In this document: piece after piece, positions 1 through 8,097 of the stretch
Layout: every line of letters begins with the position of its first letter
Position numbering within the stretch: the first letter of the stretch is position 1
Virus record (IMG/VR): IMGVR_UViG_3300021060_000011
Coordinates: 1-64,000 of that record
Origin: a virus
Lineage: Duplodnaviria > Caudoviricetes
Strand: one strand, 5' to 3'
Length of the DNA stretch: 64,000 nucleotides
Notes under the pieces: model-generated
The model's database searches: none
Seen by the model: only the letters and a program-made list of their open reading frames with translations
Told to the model about the DNA's origin: nothing
Position numbers and translations under genes: made by a program

Positions 1-25
1 GCGCTTGTCTCATCGAGGCCCCCGC

Positions 26-115
26 GGAGAGGTGGCAGAGCGGTTGAATGCACCGCACTCGAAATGCGGCATGCCTGCAAGGGCATCGGGGGTTCGAATC
101 CCCCCCTCTCCGCCA
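26..115 (+). tRNA. tRNA-Ser (anticodon CGA), probable prophage integration site (attL)
   Basis: GGAGAGG...CCTCTCC-G-CCA acceptor; anticodon arm CCGCA-CT-CGA-AA-TGCGG; long variable arm; T arm GGGGG-TTCGAAT-CCCCC; 90 nt. Confidence 0.97.
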
Positions 116-214
116 ATATTCCTATAGCGGCCTGGCACTGGCAATAAAATCAAGCACTTAGCGGATCGCACCGCACGGCATGTTGTACGCCGTGTGTGAC
201 GCTAGGAGGCTGAT

Positions 215-772
215 TTGCCTGCCGTCGCCCCGCATCCCGACGTCGCTGAAAAACGGAAAATGATGGCGCTTCGCAAGATGCGCCTGTACGAGCCCGACCG
301 CTGGCAACGCCGCCTTGCGCGCCTCGATGCCGCCGAGCGTGCTATTGCCGAGAGGCTTGCTGCCCGGAAGGCTCGCCGGCCTACGCCAACTCCAAAGCCG
401 CTCAAGGCGGCCCACCTGCCGGTGCTCAAGCCGTGGGAAGAGTATCGCCTATGGGCCAAGGTACAGAAAGGCGAGCCGGACGAGTGCTGGCCTTGGACGG
501 CGGCGCGGTCGAACTTCGGTCACGGTCGCTTCAAGGTCGACGGCAAGCTCTACCTGCCGCATCGGCTGATCTACGCCCTCACGAAAGGCCCCATCACCAA
601 CGCTGAGGAGCACCACGGCACCGTCGTGATGCACTCTTGCGACAACCCCGCATGCTGCAACCCGGCGCACCTCAGCTTGGGCCGTCAGGTCGACAACGTC
701 GCGGACATGACGGCGAAGGGGCGCAATCGCTCTCCGTTCGTCTCTGCCCCCTCTCTGTCCGGGAGGGCCTGA
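215..772 (+). CDS. HNH endonuclease (phage HNH_3-type)
   Basis: CWPWT...GHGRF...HRLIY...VMHSCDNPACCNPAHL...DN motif; AGGAGG SD before TTG start. Confidence 0.85.
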   Translation: MPAVAPHPDVAEKRKMMALRKMRLYEPDRWQRRLARLDAAERAIAERLAARKARRPTPTPKPLKAAHLPVLKPWEEYRLWAKVQKGEPDECWPWTAARSNFGHGRFKVDGKLYLPHRLIYALTKGPITNAEEHHGTVVMHSCDNPACCNPAHLSLGRQVDNVADMTAKGRNRSPFVSAPSLSGRA

Positions 773-776
773 GCCC

Positions 777-1448
777 ATGGCAAATCCCACCTACGCCATC
801 GCCGACCTTCACGGCCGGTTCGACCTCTTCACGCAAGCTGTTGCAGCCATAGCCGAGCGCAGCGGCGGCAAGGTCGTCTTCACGGGCGACTACGTGGACC
901 GTGGACCACAGAGCAGAGAGATCATCGAGGCCCTAATGTCCGGGCCGCCCGAGGGGCAAACGTGGATCTGCCTTAAGGGCAACCACGAGGACATGATGGC
1001 CGAGACCATCATGGCGCCCCTGGAGCCGGATTGGTGGATCGGCAACGGCGGGGCTGCCACGGTGCGGTCCTACGGCGGCACGGTCCCGCTGGAGCACGTC
1101 CGCTGGGCCGCACGGCTTCCGCTCTATCACGAGACGGAGCACCACATTTTCTGCCACGCGGGCGGGGACGAGACCAAGCTGCTCGCCGAACAGACCGAGC
1201 GGGACCTTTGTTGGTTCCGCTGCGCGCGGGATCGAGACTACAGCATCGACGGCAAGCACGTCGTGCACGGCCACACGCCGTTCAAAGATGGACCTGTCTG
1301 TCTGCCCGGCCGCACGAACCTCGACACGGGCGCTTACGCTACCGGGCGCCTCGTCATCGGGGTTTTCGATGAGACGAAGCCTGGCGGTCCCGTCGAGGTG
1401 ATCGAGATCACCGCACTTGCCCCCTCCCTCTCCGGGAGGACGGTTTGA
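777..1448 (+). CDS. Metallophosphoesterase / Ser-Thr protein phosphatase (lambda NinI/PrpA-like)
   Basis: DLHG, GDYVDRG, GNHE, HAG, HGHT, DTG motifs. Confidence 0.92.
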   Translation: MANPTYAIADLHGRFDLFTQAVAAIAERSGGKVVFTGDYVDRGPQSREIIEALMSGPPEGQTWICLKGNHEDMMAETIMAPLEPDWWIGNGGAATVRSYGGTVPLEHVRWAARLPLYHETEHHIFCHAGGDETKLLAEQTERDLCWFRCARDRDYSIDGKHVVHGHTPFKDGPVCLPGRTNLDTGAYATGRLVIGVFDETKPGGPVEVIEITALAPSLSGRTV

Positions 1449-1885
1449 TGGCCTGGAAGCTCTACGACGTGATCGTGGCCGGCTACGGCACCGAGGTCAT
1501 GACCGGGCGCTCGGCGTCTGCCGTGCGTGCCGCCGCGTGGCGATCCTCTGCCTTCGGCCACATCAGCTTCGGCGACTTCATGAAGATGTGCCGGGTGAAG
1601 ACCCGAACGGAGCCCTTGGTCTCCGATGGCTACAGCTACGTGCGCCGCCAGTACGGGGTTGATCCGCAACTCGGCCAACGCGTCCGGCTGCCGGCCACGT
1701 GCGGAGGCATGCCCGACCGGGAGGGCGTGGTGACCTACCCCGGACAGAGCACGGCCTGTGTTCACGTGCTGGTGGACGGCCGGAACCATTCGAGCCTGTT
1801 CCATCCGTCCGACGTGGTGTTCCCCGAGTCCCCCTCCATCCCACCGGACGGGCGTTCTGTTCCTTCCGTTTCGGGGAGGGGGTGA
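1448..1885 (+). CDS. hypothetical phage protein
   Basis: TGATG-coupled ORF, SD GGGAGG. Confidence 0.7.
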   Translation: MAWKLYDVIVAGYGTEVMTGRSASAVRAAAWRSSAFGHISFGDFMKMCRVKTRTEPLVSDGYSYVRRQYGVDPQLGQRVRLPATCGGMPDREGVVTYPGQSTACVHVLVDGRNHSSLFHPSDVVFPESPSIPPDGRSVPSVSGRG

Positions 1886-1888
1886 GCG

Positions 1889-2257
1889 ATGGGTATGACC
1901 GACAAACAGCTTGTCCGGTTCGCTAGCGAGTTCCGTGAAGGCATCCTCGACGGCGATCCGCCGAACTGGATGTGCTTCGCCATCTGCGCACCGCTCTCCA
2001 GCTTGCTCGCGATGCACGGCGTGCCGAACGAGGTGGTTGAAAGCGACCTCGGCGAGTTCAACCACTTCTGGCTTCGCTTGGCGGATGGCCGCGCGCTGGA
2101 CCCAACCGCCGATCAGTTTAACCACCTGTTCGCGATGAACCGCCCGCCCGTCTACCTCGGGCCACCGCTGGATCTCCATGTCCTGCTGGATGGTCCCGCC
2201 GGCATCCCGGATCGGCGCGTGGCTGCCACCGACGCCGCAGGGGAGAACGGACGATGA
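1889..2257 (+). CDS. hypothetical protein (C...H.W...D.T..QF, transglutaminase/papain-like triad possible)
   Basis: WMCFAIC...NHFWL...LDPTADQF; coupled ORF. Confidence 0.6.
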   Translation: MGMTDKQLVRFASEFREGILDGDPPNWMCFAICAPLSSLLAMHGVPNEVVESDLGEFNHFWLRLADGRALDPTADQFNHLFAMNRPPVYLGPPLDLHVLLDGPAGIPDRRVAATDAAGENGR

Positions 2258-2505
2258 GCGCACGTAAAACCATCCTCTGCATCGGCATCGGCTGGCTCGC
2301 GGCAACCATCTTCGTTTCGATGTTCGCGGCGTGGCCCCTGGCCTGCGCGCATGTGGCGGTCTGGCTTGAGAGAGCGCAGTGGGCCGATGCCGACGCGGCG
2401 CGTTCTATCGGCCGTAGCTTGGTTGTTCTGCCCTTCTTCGGGATCGGGTTCTCAGCCCTCGCATGGCTGTTCGTGCGTGCCTTCCATTCGGAGGCAACCT
2501 CATGA
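2254..2505 (+). CDS. small membrane protein
   Basis: ATGA overlap; two hydrophobic segments. Confidence 0.65.
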   Translation: MSARKTILCIGIGWLAATIFVSMFAAWPLACAHVAVWLERAQWADADAARSIGRSLVVLPFFGIGFSALAWLFVRAFHSEATS

Positions 2506-2561
2506 AGGTCCCCACCACCCCCGTCGCTCCTAACCTCGCGCAGGGAGGCGAAACGCCGTGA
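2502..2561 (+). CDS. 19-aa coupling mini-ORF (MKVPTTPVAPNLAQGGETP)
   Basis: ATGA overlap upstream, GTGA overlap downstream, SD GGAGG; not in ORF track. Confidence 0.45.
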   Translation: MKVPTTPVAPNLAQGGETP

Positions 2562-2845
2562 CAAAGTGCAAATACATGCTGGCGTGGTCCGGCCCGTGTT
2601 GCGCCGAGGCCGAGACCGGCCTCCGCTGCTCAAGACACACAGGCGTCGCCTGTAAAAGCTGCGGTGCTCCGGCTGACGGTGAGTGCAGCCACACGGGACA
2701 GTTCGTGTGCGGCGCCCCGCTCTGCGATCAGTGTGAGGGCTTTGTGGACACCAGCCGGCCCGGCGGGAATTGGGGTTTCCTGAATCACTCGCACCGTCCG
2801 AAGCCCCTCTCCGCACCCGCAACCCCGCAGGAGGAAACGCCGTGA
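2558..2845 (+). CDS. Cys-rich zinc-binding hypothetical protein
   Basis: multiple CxxC/CxxH pairs; GTGA overlap. Confidence 0.65.
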   Translation: MTKCKYMLAWSGPCCAEAETGLRCSRHTGVACKSCGAPADGECSHTGQFVCGAPLCDQCEGFVDTSRPGGNWGFLNHSHRPKPLSAPATPQEETP

Positions 2846-3066
2846 GCGAGCCCGAGAACATCGACGTGGATCTATACGACAGCCGAGCGGAGGCCATACA
2901 AGCCGCCCTCGACTCGTCGGAGGCCGGCGACACGATTGTCGTGTGTCGCGGCGACTGGACCAGCTGTGCCGCAGCCCGTGCGGAGACATGCGAGTTCTGC
3001 GCTCGCGTGCCTTGGCGGGTCGGCCTGACGACAGCAGAGGTCATGACGCTGGCTTCTGCGTCCTAG
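2842..3066 (+). CDS. hypothetical protein
   Basis: GTG start overlapping previous stop, SD AGGAGG. Confidence 0.6.
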   Translation: MSEPENIDVDLYDSRAEAIQAALDSSEAGDTIVVCRGDWTSCAAARAETCEFCARVPWRVGLTTAEVMTLASAS

Positions 3067-3067
3067 T

Positions 3068-3105
3068 CCCCCTCCCCTCAATCTGTTTTCGGATTGGGGC
3101 GGGGG
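3068..3105. terminator. hairpin between convergent genes (probable terminator)
   Basis: CCCCTCCCCTCAATCTG-TTTT-CGGATTGGGGCGGGG imperfect stem-loop. Confidence 0.5.
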
Positions 3106-3123
3106 CGCTCGCGGCGGGTGAGT

Positions 3124-3360
3124 TCAATCCTTGAGACGGACGCCTTTTCCGCCGGTCCGCATATCTCCCGGCTCCATGAAGACGACACCAGCCGCCTCGA
3201 ACGCCTCTTGAATTGCTCGAAGCGTACTGCTGCGAATATCGCGAACACCCGCGTCCACGTTCCTGATCGTGGCGACCGACACTCCGGACCGCGCGGCTAA
3301 ATCCTTCTGTTTCCAGTCAAGCAGCCCGAGAGCCGCGCGCATCTGAGCCGCGTCGATCAT
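3124..3360 (-). CDS. XRE-family HTH transcriptional regulator
   Basis: MIDAAQMRAALGLLDWKQKDLAARSGVSVATIRNVD...IQEAFEAAGVVF. Confidence 0.9.
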   Translation of the reverse strand: MIDAAQMRAALGLLDWKQKDLAARSGVSVATIRNVDAGVRDIRSSTLRAIQEAFEAAGVVFMEPGDMRTGGKGVRLKD

Positions 3361-3400
3361 GGCGGCGTCGTACACGCGAATGGGTTTTCGAGCGAGCAAA

Positions 3401-3465
3401 TTAGCTCCGAGCGCTAAATTGACGTTGACCACGCTATTGTTAGCGCTTAGAACTAATATCGTCAA
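3401..3465. promoter_or_regulatory. Divergent promoter region with two 17-bp inverted operators
   Basis: TTAGCTCCGAGCGCTAA (3401-3417) and TTAGCGCTTAGAACTAA (3440-3456; reverse complement matches the first 14/17); TTGAC hexamers on both strands. Confidence 0.7.
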
Positions 3466-3478
3466 TCGGAGAACGCAT

Positions 3479-3859
3479 ATGCCCTCCCGCCCCACTCCCC
3501 GCCAGGCCAAGCCGAAGCCCGACGCCGCCCTCTACGCTGATTTCCTCGCCGCCATGATCCGCGTGATTGAGCACGGCGAGACGGTCACCGTTCACGGCTA
3601 CACCGTGTCCTGGCCCAAGGCGCAGCCGAACTACTTCGCCCTGCACGTAGACGCGCCACGCACCGTTCGTGACATCTGGACCGGCGAGCTTCGCACTATC
3701 GTTGGCAGTCAGGGCGGTAGCGCCCGTTGCGCCAAGAAGGCCGCCGCAAACTTTGCCTTTCAGGTGATGGATGATCGCGCTTCCGTGACGCGCATGCTGG
3801 CCGAGGCCAAGCCCGGCATCCTGAGCGGCAGCGTCACGCACATTGCGGAGGCCGCGTGA
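3479..3859 (+). CDS. hypothetical phage protein
   Basis: SD GGAG, first gene after divergent promoter. Confidence 0.7.
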   Translation: MPSRPTPRQAKPKPDAALYADFLAAMIRVIEHGETVTVHGYTVSWPKAQPNYFALHVDAPRTVRDIWTGELRTIVGSQGGSARCAKKAAANFAFQVMDDRASVTRMLAEAKPGILSGSVTHIAEAA

Positions 3860-4140
3860 TGCCCCGCAAGCTCTCTGACACCCGCATTCGCATCCTGCGT
3901 CGCCTCGCGAGCCGAGACCTCGACCGTGACGGCGCCGAGTGCGCCCGCGACATCGCAATCGGCTGTGGTGAGGCTCACAGGGCGTCGGATTGGGCGACTG
4001 GAGCCCTGCGAGAAATGTCGTTTGCGTGGCCCAAGCCGCTCGTTCGACGCCTCGGCGTGACGTTCGCCAACGCCCGCACATGGACGATCACGGACGCCGG
4101 CCGCGAGGCTCTGGCTAAGACCGACGCCCCCTCCCCCTAG
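3856..4140 (+). CDS. small winged-helix-like protein
   Basis: C-terminal WTITDAGREAL wing motif. Confidence 0.55.
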   Translation: MMPRKLSDTRIRILRRLASRDLDRDGAECARDIAIGCGEAHRASDWATGALREMSFAWPKPLVRRLGVTFANARTWTITDAGREALAKTDAPSP

Positions 4141-4177
4141 CCCAACCTTCCCCCTCTCGAACAGGAGACCGGACGCT

Positions 4178-4516
4178 ATGGCTGAGAGGACGACGAGAGA
4201 AGAGCCTGGCAAGATTGCATTCGACGCCTATTGGGAAACGCCAAGCGCCCGGCGGGATGAGATGTCCGATCTGGGCAAGGCGAAGTGGGCACAGGCCGAG
4301 GCCAAGATCGTTTCGGCTCTCGGCGGCAGGGCGCCAGACCTCCGCATTGTGTTTGATGGGCCGCCCGGTCCCGAGGCCGGTCGCTTCGTGGAGGTGGAGG
4401 ACGCGCACGGCAACAGCATCAGTGTCGGCGCGTGGCACGCGCGTGGCGATGGCCTGCATGAGCTGCGCCTTGGGGATTGCGCGCCCCTCGATCTCTCGAC
4501 GGCTGTGGAGGGCTGA
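4178..4516 (+). CDS. hypothetical phage protein
   Basis: IVFDGPPGPEAGRFVEVED motif typical of phage accessory proteins; SD AGGAG. Confidence 0.7.
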   Translation: MAERTTREEPGKIAFDAYWETPSARRDEMSDLGKAKWAQAEAKIVSALGGRAPDLRIVFDGPPGPEAGRFVEVEDAHGNSISVGAWHARGDGLHELRLGDCAPLDLSTAVEG

Positions 4517-4520
4517 CACG

Positions 4521-4994
4521 ATGGGCTACCAACCTGAACTAGGCCAAATGGTCTTCGGCCAGCCATGGCAAAAGCATGAATGCCCGCAAATTCTAGAGGC
4601 TGCGCTGGCGTTTCTTTCGGAGGAGGTTCAGCGCGTACTCTGGAATATTAAGCAGGAACAACTGAACCCCTTCGGAAACCACTGCGAGGCATTTCGCTGT
4701 GAGGCATTCGGTGTCTGGTCATATGACTGGAGCGACAATGAAGATGCGGCGCAGCCTTATAACTTCTGCCATCCGAAATCAGGTGTTTGTATTTCGTGGC
4801 ATAAATATGCCGGTCGAGGCATGTCCTGCAATCGTGCGGTCAACCCAAACGAAGTCGCTGAGATATTGAGCGATTGTATTGAGGCGATGAATGACGTCGA
4901 GAGAAAGGGCGCCGTTTATTCGGTCGGTGTTCTTGGCGAAGTGCCGTACTTTGGCCCACCCGACGCCGCTCGCTCGACAGAGGAAGGGGAGTGA
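4521..4994 (+). CDS. hypothetical phage protein (lower GC)
   Basis: MGYQPELGQM...PYNF...ISWHKYAGRGM; visibly AT-richer. Confidence 0.7.
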   Translation: MGYQPELGQMVFGQPWQKHECPQILEAALAFLSEEVQRVLWNIKQEQLNPFGNHCEAFRCEAFGVWSYDWSDNEDAAQPYNFCHPKSGVCISWHKYAGRGMSCNRAVNPNEVAEILSDCIEAMNDVERKGAVYSVGVLGEVPYFGPPDAARSTEEGE

Positions 4995-5305
4995 GGGGGA
5001 TGGTCACGGTAAGCGCCGATCCAGAGAACCAGCCGACCGTATTCACGATGGGGCTCGGCTCCGTCGTAGTCGGATCGGTCATCCACGAGGACATGCCCGG
5101 CATCTACTTCTGCCCGGCAGTGCGCCCCGGCATGGTCGATAGCGACGCCACTGGCGAGGTCGAAGGCAAGACCGTGCCGGGTGAGGCCGTGGTAATCCGC
5201 TTCGCCAGCATGGATGCCGTCCTAGCCCACCTTGAGCGCATCCAGAGCATGATGCGGACCTTCGAAGCCGAGTTGGCGAAGCGCCCTCCCCGGAGCCCAG
5301 CATGA
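4991..5305 (+). CDS. hypothetical protein
   Basis: GTGA-coupled ORF. Confidence 0.6.
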   Translation: MRGMVTVSADPENQPTVFTMGLGSVVVGSVIHEDMPGIYFCPAVRPGMVDSDATGEVEGKTVPGEAVVIRFASMDAVLAHLERIQSMMRTFEAELAKRPPRSPA

Positions 5306-5646
5306 CCGCACCCCAGGCTGAACGCCCCCTGACGAAAACCGAACGGGCCGTCCGGATCGTCCGCGCCGCGCCGGAGTGGACCGTTCGGCAGATCGGCAAC
5401 CTTGCCCCAACGCTAATGGTGTTTGCAGGCGTGATCCTGGCTCGCGCCACGGCTGGCCACGAGAGTACGTCCAGCGCGGGCATGATCATCGCGGCCATCC
5501 TCTGCGGTGTCGCCCTGGCGCTGGCCTACAGCCAGGGTCACGACCGGGGCGAGGCCAAGCGCGTCACCAGCACCACCGTCAACATGAGCGTGAAGCTGGC
5601 GGACGGCTACGCCATCGTTCGCCAGGAATCCCCCTCCCATGACTAA
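5302..5646 (+). CDS. membrane protein
   Basis: two hydrophobic helices; ATGA overlap. Confidence 0.6.
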   Translation: MTAPQAERPLTKTERAVRIVRAAPEWTVRQIGNLAPTLMVFAGVILARATAGHESTSSAGMIIAAILCGVALALAYSQGHDRGEAKRVTSTTVNMSVKLADGYAIVRQESPSHD

Positions 5647-6199
5647 CCGCCCCCTGATCCTGCCGCCCCTGCGGAGGACGGCGAAAGACGCGGAAGCGTT
5701 CGCGCGGGTCGTCCATGAGGGGCAGTTCGATAAGGCTGGGCGCCCGTACATCGAGCACTTGGAGCGAGTGGCCGCACGCGCTGAGACGCTGATTGCCGAC
5801 CATTTCGAGCACCGCATGGTGCGATGGGATGCGGCCATACAGGTCGCTTGGTTGCACGACATGCTGGAGCCCGACAAGCGCCCGTTCGGCCCCGTCACCG
5901 CTGACCGCCTCCGAGAAGAAGGATTCTCCGAGTTAGTCGTTTCCAACGTCATCGCGCTCGGGTCGGCGCCCTCTGACCGCTCTTACGTCGAAAAGATCGA
6001 ATGGCTTCTGATGCTCATTCGAGAGCAGTTGCACGTCATCCTCGTCAAGATCGCGGATGTCGAAGACAACTCCGATCCCGAACGCCTCGCGCTTCTGGAT
6101 GAGCCCACACGGGAGCGGCTGAAGAAGAAGTACGGGGCCGCCCTCCCGATACTAAAGCACGCCGCCGCGCGGCTGGGTTGGAGGAAGGGGAATGGGTGA
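5639..6199 (+). CDS. HD-domain hydrolase (RelA/SpoT hydrolase-like, small alarmone hydrolase family)
   Basis: A..H.GQ.DKAG.PYIEH..RVA, AWLHDMLE, VKIADVEDN. Confidence 0.8.
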   Translation: MTNRPLILPPLRRTAKDAEAFARVVHEGQFDKAGRPYIEHLERVAARAETLIADHFEHRMVRWDAAIQVAWLHDMLEPDKRPFGPVTADRLREEGFSELVVSNVIALGSAPSDRSYVEKIEWLLMLIREQLHVILVKIADVEDNSDPERLALLDEPTRERLKKKYGAALPILKHAAARLGWRKGNG

Positions 6200-6545
6200 G
6201 ACCGTGATGGTTGAGGCCGTGGCGCGGGCGATGTTGGCCCGCATCCGGGGTCTGGGTGTTTTCGCGCCTTGGGCGATTGATGGCGACGACGAGCACGCCT
6301 TGCCGGAAGACGGCACCCTGCAAGTGCTGGTGGACGGTCGGTTCGACATGATGGAGGTGGCTCGCGCCGCTATCGACGCTATCCGCAACCACAGCTTCGG
6401 CGACACCATCGTGCTCGTCAACGGCACCGATCCCGTGGCGACCCTAAAGGGCGATCTGCCAGGGACGATCCTGCGGGCCTTGATTGATCTGGCGATGGCG
6501 GAAGACCCCGCCCTCGCTTCGCCCGAAGAGGGGAGGACGCCGTGA
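6192..6545 (+). CDS. hypothetical protein
   Basis: MVEAVARA...ARAAIDAIR phage accessory motif. Confidence 0.6.
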   Translation: MGETVMVEAVARAMLARIRGLGVFAPWAIDGDDEHALPEDGTLQVLVDGRFDMMEVARAAIDAIRNHSFGDTIVLVNGTDPVATLKGDLPGTILRALIDLAMAEDPALASPEEGRTP

Positions 6546-6688
6546 GTCAAGCCGAAGCTGACCACCTTCGCGGCATCGTCCGCATCCGAGCGCCAGGGTG
6601 TGGGGAGGTCGTCGTCCACTTGGATGAGATCGTGGATCGGGCGCTGGCGATGATGTGTCGTGAGGTGAGCGGGGGAGAGAAGCTGTGA
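6542..6688 (+). CDS. 48-aa hypothetical protein
   Basis: GTGA overlaps at both ends, SD GGAGG; below ORF-track cutoff. Confidence 0.5.
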   Translation: MSQAEADHLRGIVRIRAPGCGEVVVHLDEIVDRALAMMCREVSGGEKL

Positions 6689-6912
6689 GCGAAGACCCGA
6701 GAGACGCGCGGATTGCCGAACTGGAAACCGAACTCGCCGGCTGGCAGCGCGTTGCGGTCGAGGCCGTGATTCCTCTGGAGGCAATGGTGGCCTCTGGCAC
6801 GATGAAACTCCACAGCACGATGACACAGACGGAAATCGTGAACGCAGTCACCGTGGTTCGGCGGGCCGTGTCAGGTAAGGGGCTTCCAAGTCGGGCGCAG
6901 TCCCGCCCGTGA
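6685..6912 (+). CDS. hypothetical protein
   Basis: coupled ORF, coiled-coil N-terminus. Confidence 0.6.
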   Translation: MSEDPRDARIAELETELAGWQRVAVEAVIPLEAMVASGTMKLHSTMTQTEIVNAVTVVRRAVSGKGLPSRAQSRP

Positions 6913-7247
6913 GCGCCCACCGCGGCCCCGTCACGATCTGGACCCCCGGCCAGGGCGAGCCGGTCCCGCACCACAAGCGCAATCCCCGCCGGGCCTATGA
7001 CGCTGAAGGGCGGGAAATCGTCCCTGCCACCGTCGCCAATTCCCGGCAGAACGGCGCGCGCGGCGTCATGGTCCTGTGCAAGTGCGGATACGAAGCGACC
7101 TTGCCGTTCGACGGGCTCTCGGATGATGCGCTCGTGCCGGATATCGCCTTGCGGCTGCGGTGCTCGGCGTGTGGAACTGGCCCGAAGGACATCGAGACGC
7201 GGCCCGATTTCACGGGGCGGGCTTTTGATGGAACGGCGGGGGCTTGA
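6909..7247 (+). CDS. zinc-ribbon protein
   Basis: CKCG...LRCSACG...TRPD. Confidence 0.7.
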   Translation: MSAHRGPVTIWTPGQGEPVPHHKRNPRRAYDAEGREIVPATVANSRQNGARGVMVLCKCGYEATLPFDGLSDDALVPDIALRLRCSACGTGPKDIETRPDFTGRAFDGTAGA

Positions 7248-7327
7248 ACGTAATGAGCCCGGCGGATTGCGGTGAATATGGCGCGGCTGCCGGGGTTGCT
7301 GGGGGCGAAGACGGAGGGGGATTGACC

Positions 7328-7687
7328 ATGCGAGTGGTGATCTACGACGCCGAGGACATGGAGCCGATCACGGTCATCAAACTGGATGATCGCCTAGTCA
7401 TGCGTCTGAGACAGGATCGCGAACTGAGGATTCCCGTCAGGCTTCCGATGCGATCTCCCACGCTCGAAATGACGGAGGCCCGCTTGGCAGGGCCGCGCTA
7501 CTGCTGCATCCGGTTCGAGCCGATCATGAAGGGCGAAGACTTCATGATGTGGATCTGCACGACGATGGATGGTGAGAGTGCCCTGCTGCTACGATCCGTG
7601 TTTCTGCCGGGCCAGCAGGCGTCCGTCGCCCGCGAGCGCGAGGACGCGTTCATGCAAGGTCTGATGGTGGCGTTGGATGGCACTTGA
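7328..7687 (+). CDS. hypothetical phage protein
   Basis: SD GGAGGG; MRVVIYDAEDMEPITVI...LPGQ. Confidence 0.7.
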   Translation: MRVVIYDAEDMEPITVIKLDDRLVMRLRQDRELRIPVRLPMRSPTLEMTEARLAGPRYCCIRFEPIMKGEDFMMWICTTMDGESALLLRSVFLPGQQASVAREREDAFMQGLMVALDGT

Positions 7688-7725
7688 AACGAAAAAGCCC
7701 GGCGCGTCGGAGTGACGGCCGGGCT
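7688..7725 (-). terminator. rho-independent terminator (ends late/lysis and ncRNA transcripts)
   Basis: minus strand AGCCCGGC...GCCGGGCT followed by TTTTCGTTTC. Confidence 0.85.
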
Positions 7726-7966
7726 CGGTAGGGCTGACGTGGTGGCGGTGATGCCAAAAACAACAAACCCCGACGCAACTCATGCCAAAATGGCATTAGT
7801 TCAAATTGAAGGCCGCCCTCTGCACCGACGAGCCTCAGAAACTGAAGGTGCAAAGAGCGGGTCATCTCCACTTAGGAGAAGAAATTGATCCGCCGCATGG
7901 GCGGGCCATTCTTTTGCGACACAGCCGCTTTCACGGCCACCTTGGCGGGACTCGTCGCCACTTCGG
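7688..7966 (-). ncRNA. candidate ~280-nt structured non-coding RNA
   Basis: own promoter TTGGCG-N17-TATTGT (8001-7973), successive hairpins including GCCGT-GAAA-GCGGC and a 14-bp stem, ends at the terminator; no credible internal ORF. Confidence 0.5.
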
Positions 7967-8004
7967 ATCTCGACAATACGCGCATCCATCGGTGCCGCCA
8001 AGTC

Positions 8005-8097
8005 CTACCTTCTCACCACCCCGCCCAACACCATCCCCACCATCAACGCCAGGAGCACATAGACCCCGGTGAGGTCTTGGGGGGCTGGGCATCTCAT
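8005..8097 (-). CDS. 30-aa single-TM peptide at end of lysis cassette
   Basis: MRCPAPQDLTGVYVLLALMVGMVLGGVVRR; ATGA overlap; not in ORF track. Confidence 0.45.
   Translation of the reverse strand: MRCPAPQDLTGVYVLLALMVGMVLGGVVRR

Noticed and set aside
2804-2814. CCCCTCTCCGC match to the tRNA-Ser 3' end as attR
   Set aside because: Only 11 nt, low complexity, inside a coding junction; similar strings occur elsewhere
4081-4116. WTIT.AGR.ALA shared with the 53500-53808 product as a duplication
   Set aside because: Generic winged-helix wing motif; DNA identity is modest
7650-7871. 73-aa minus-strand ORF as a real gene
   Set aside because: No properly spaced SD; runs through a strong terminator into a convergent gene
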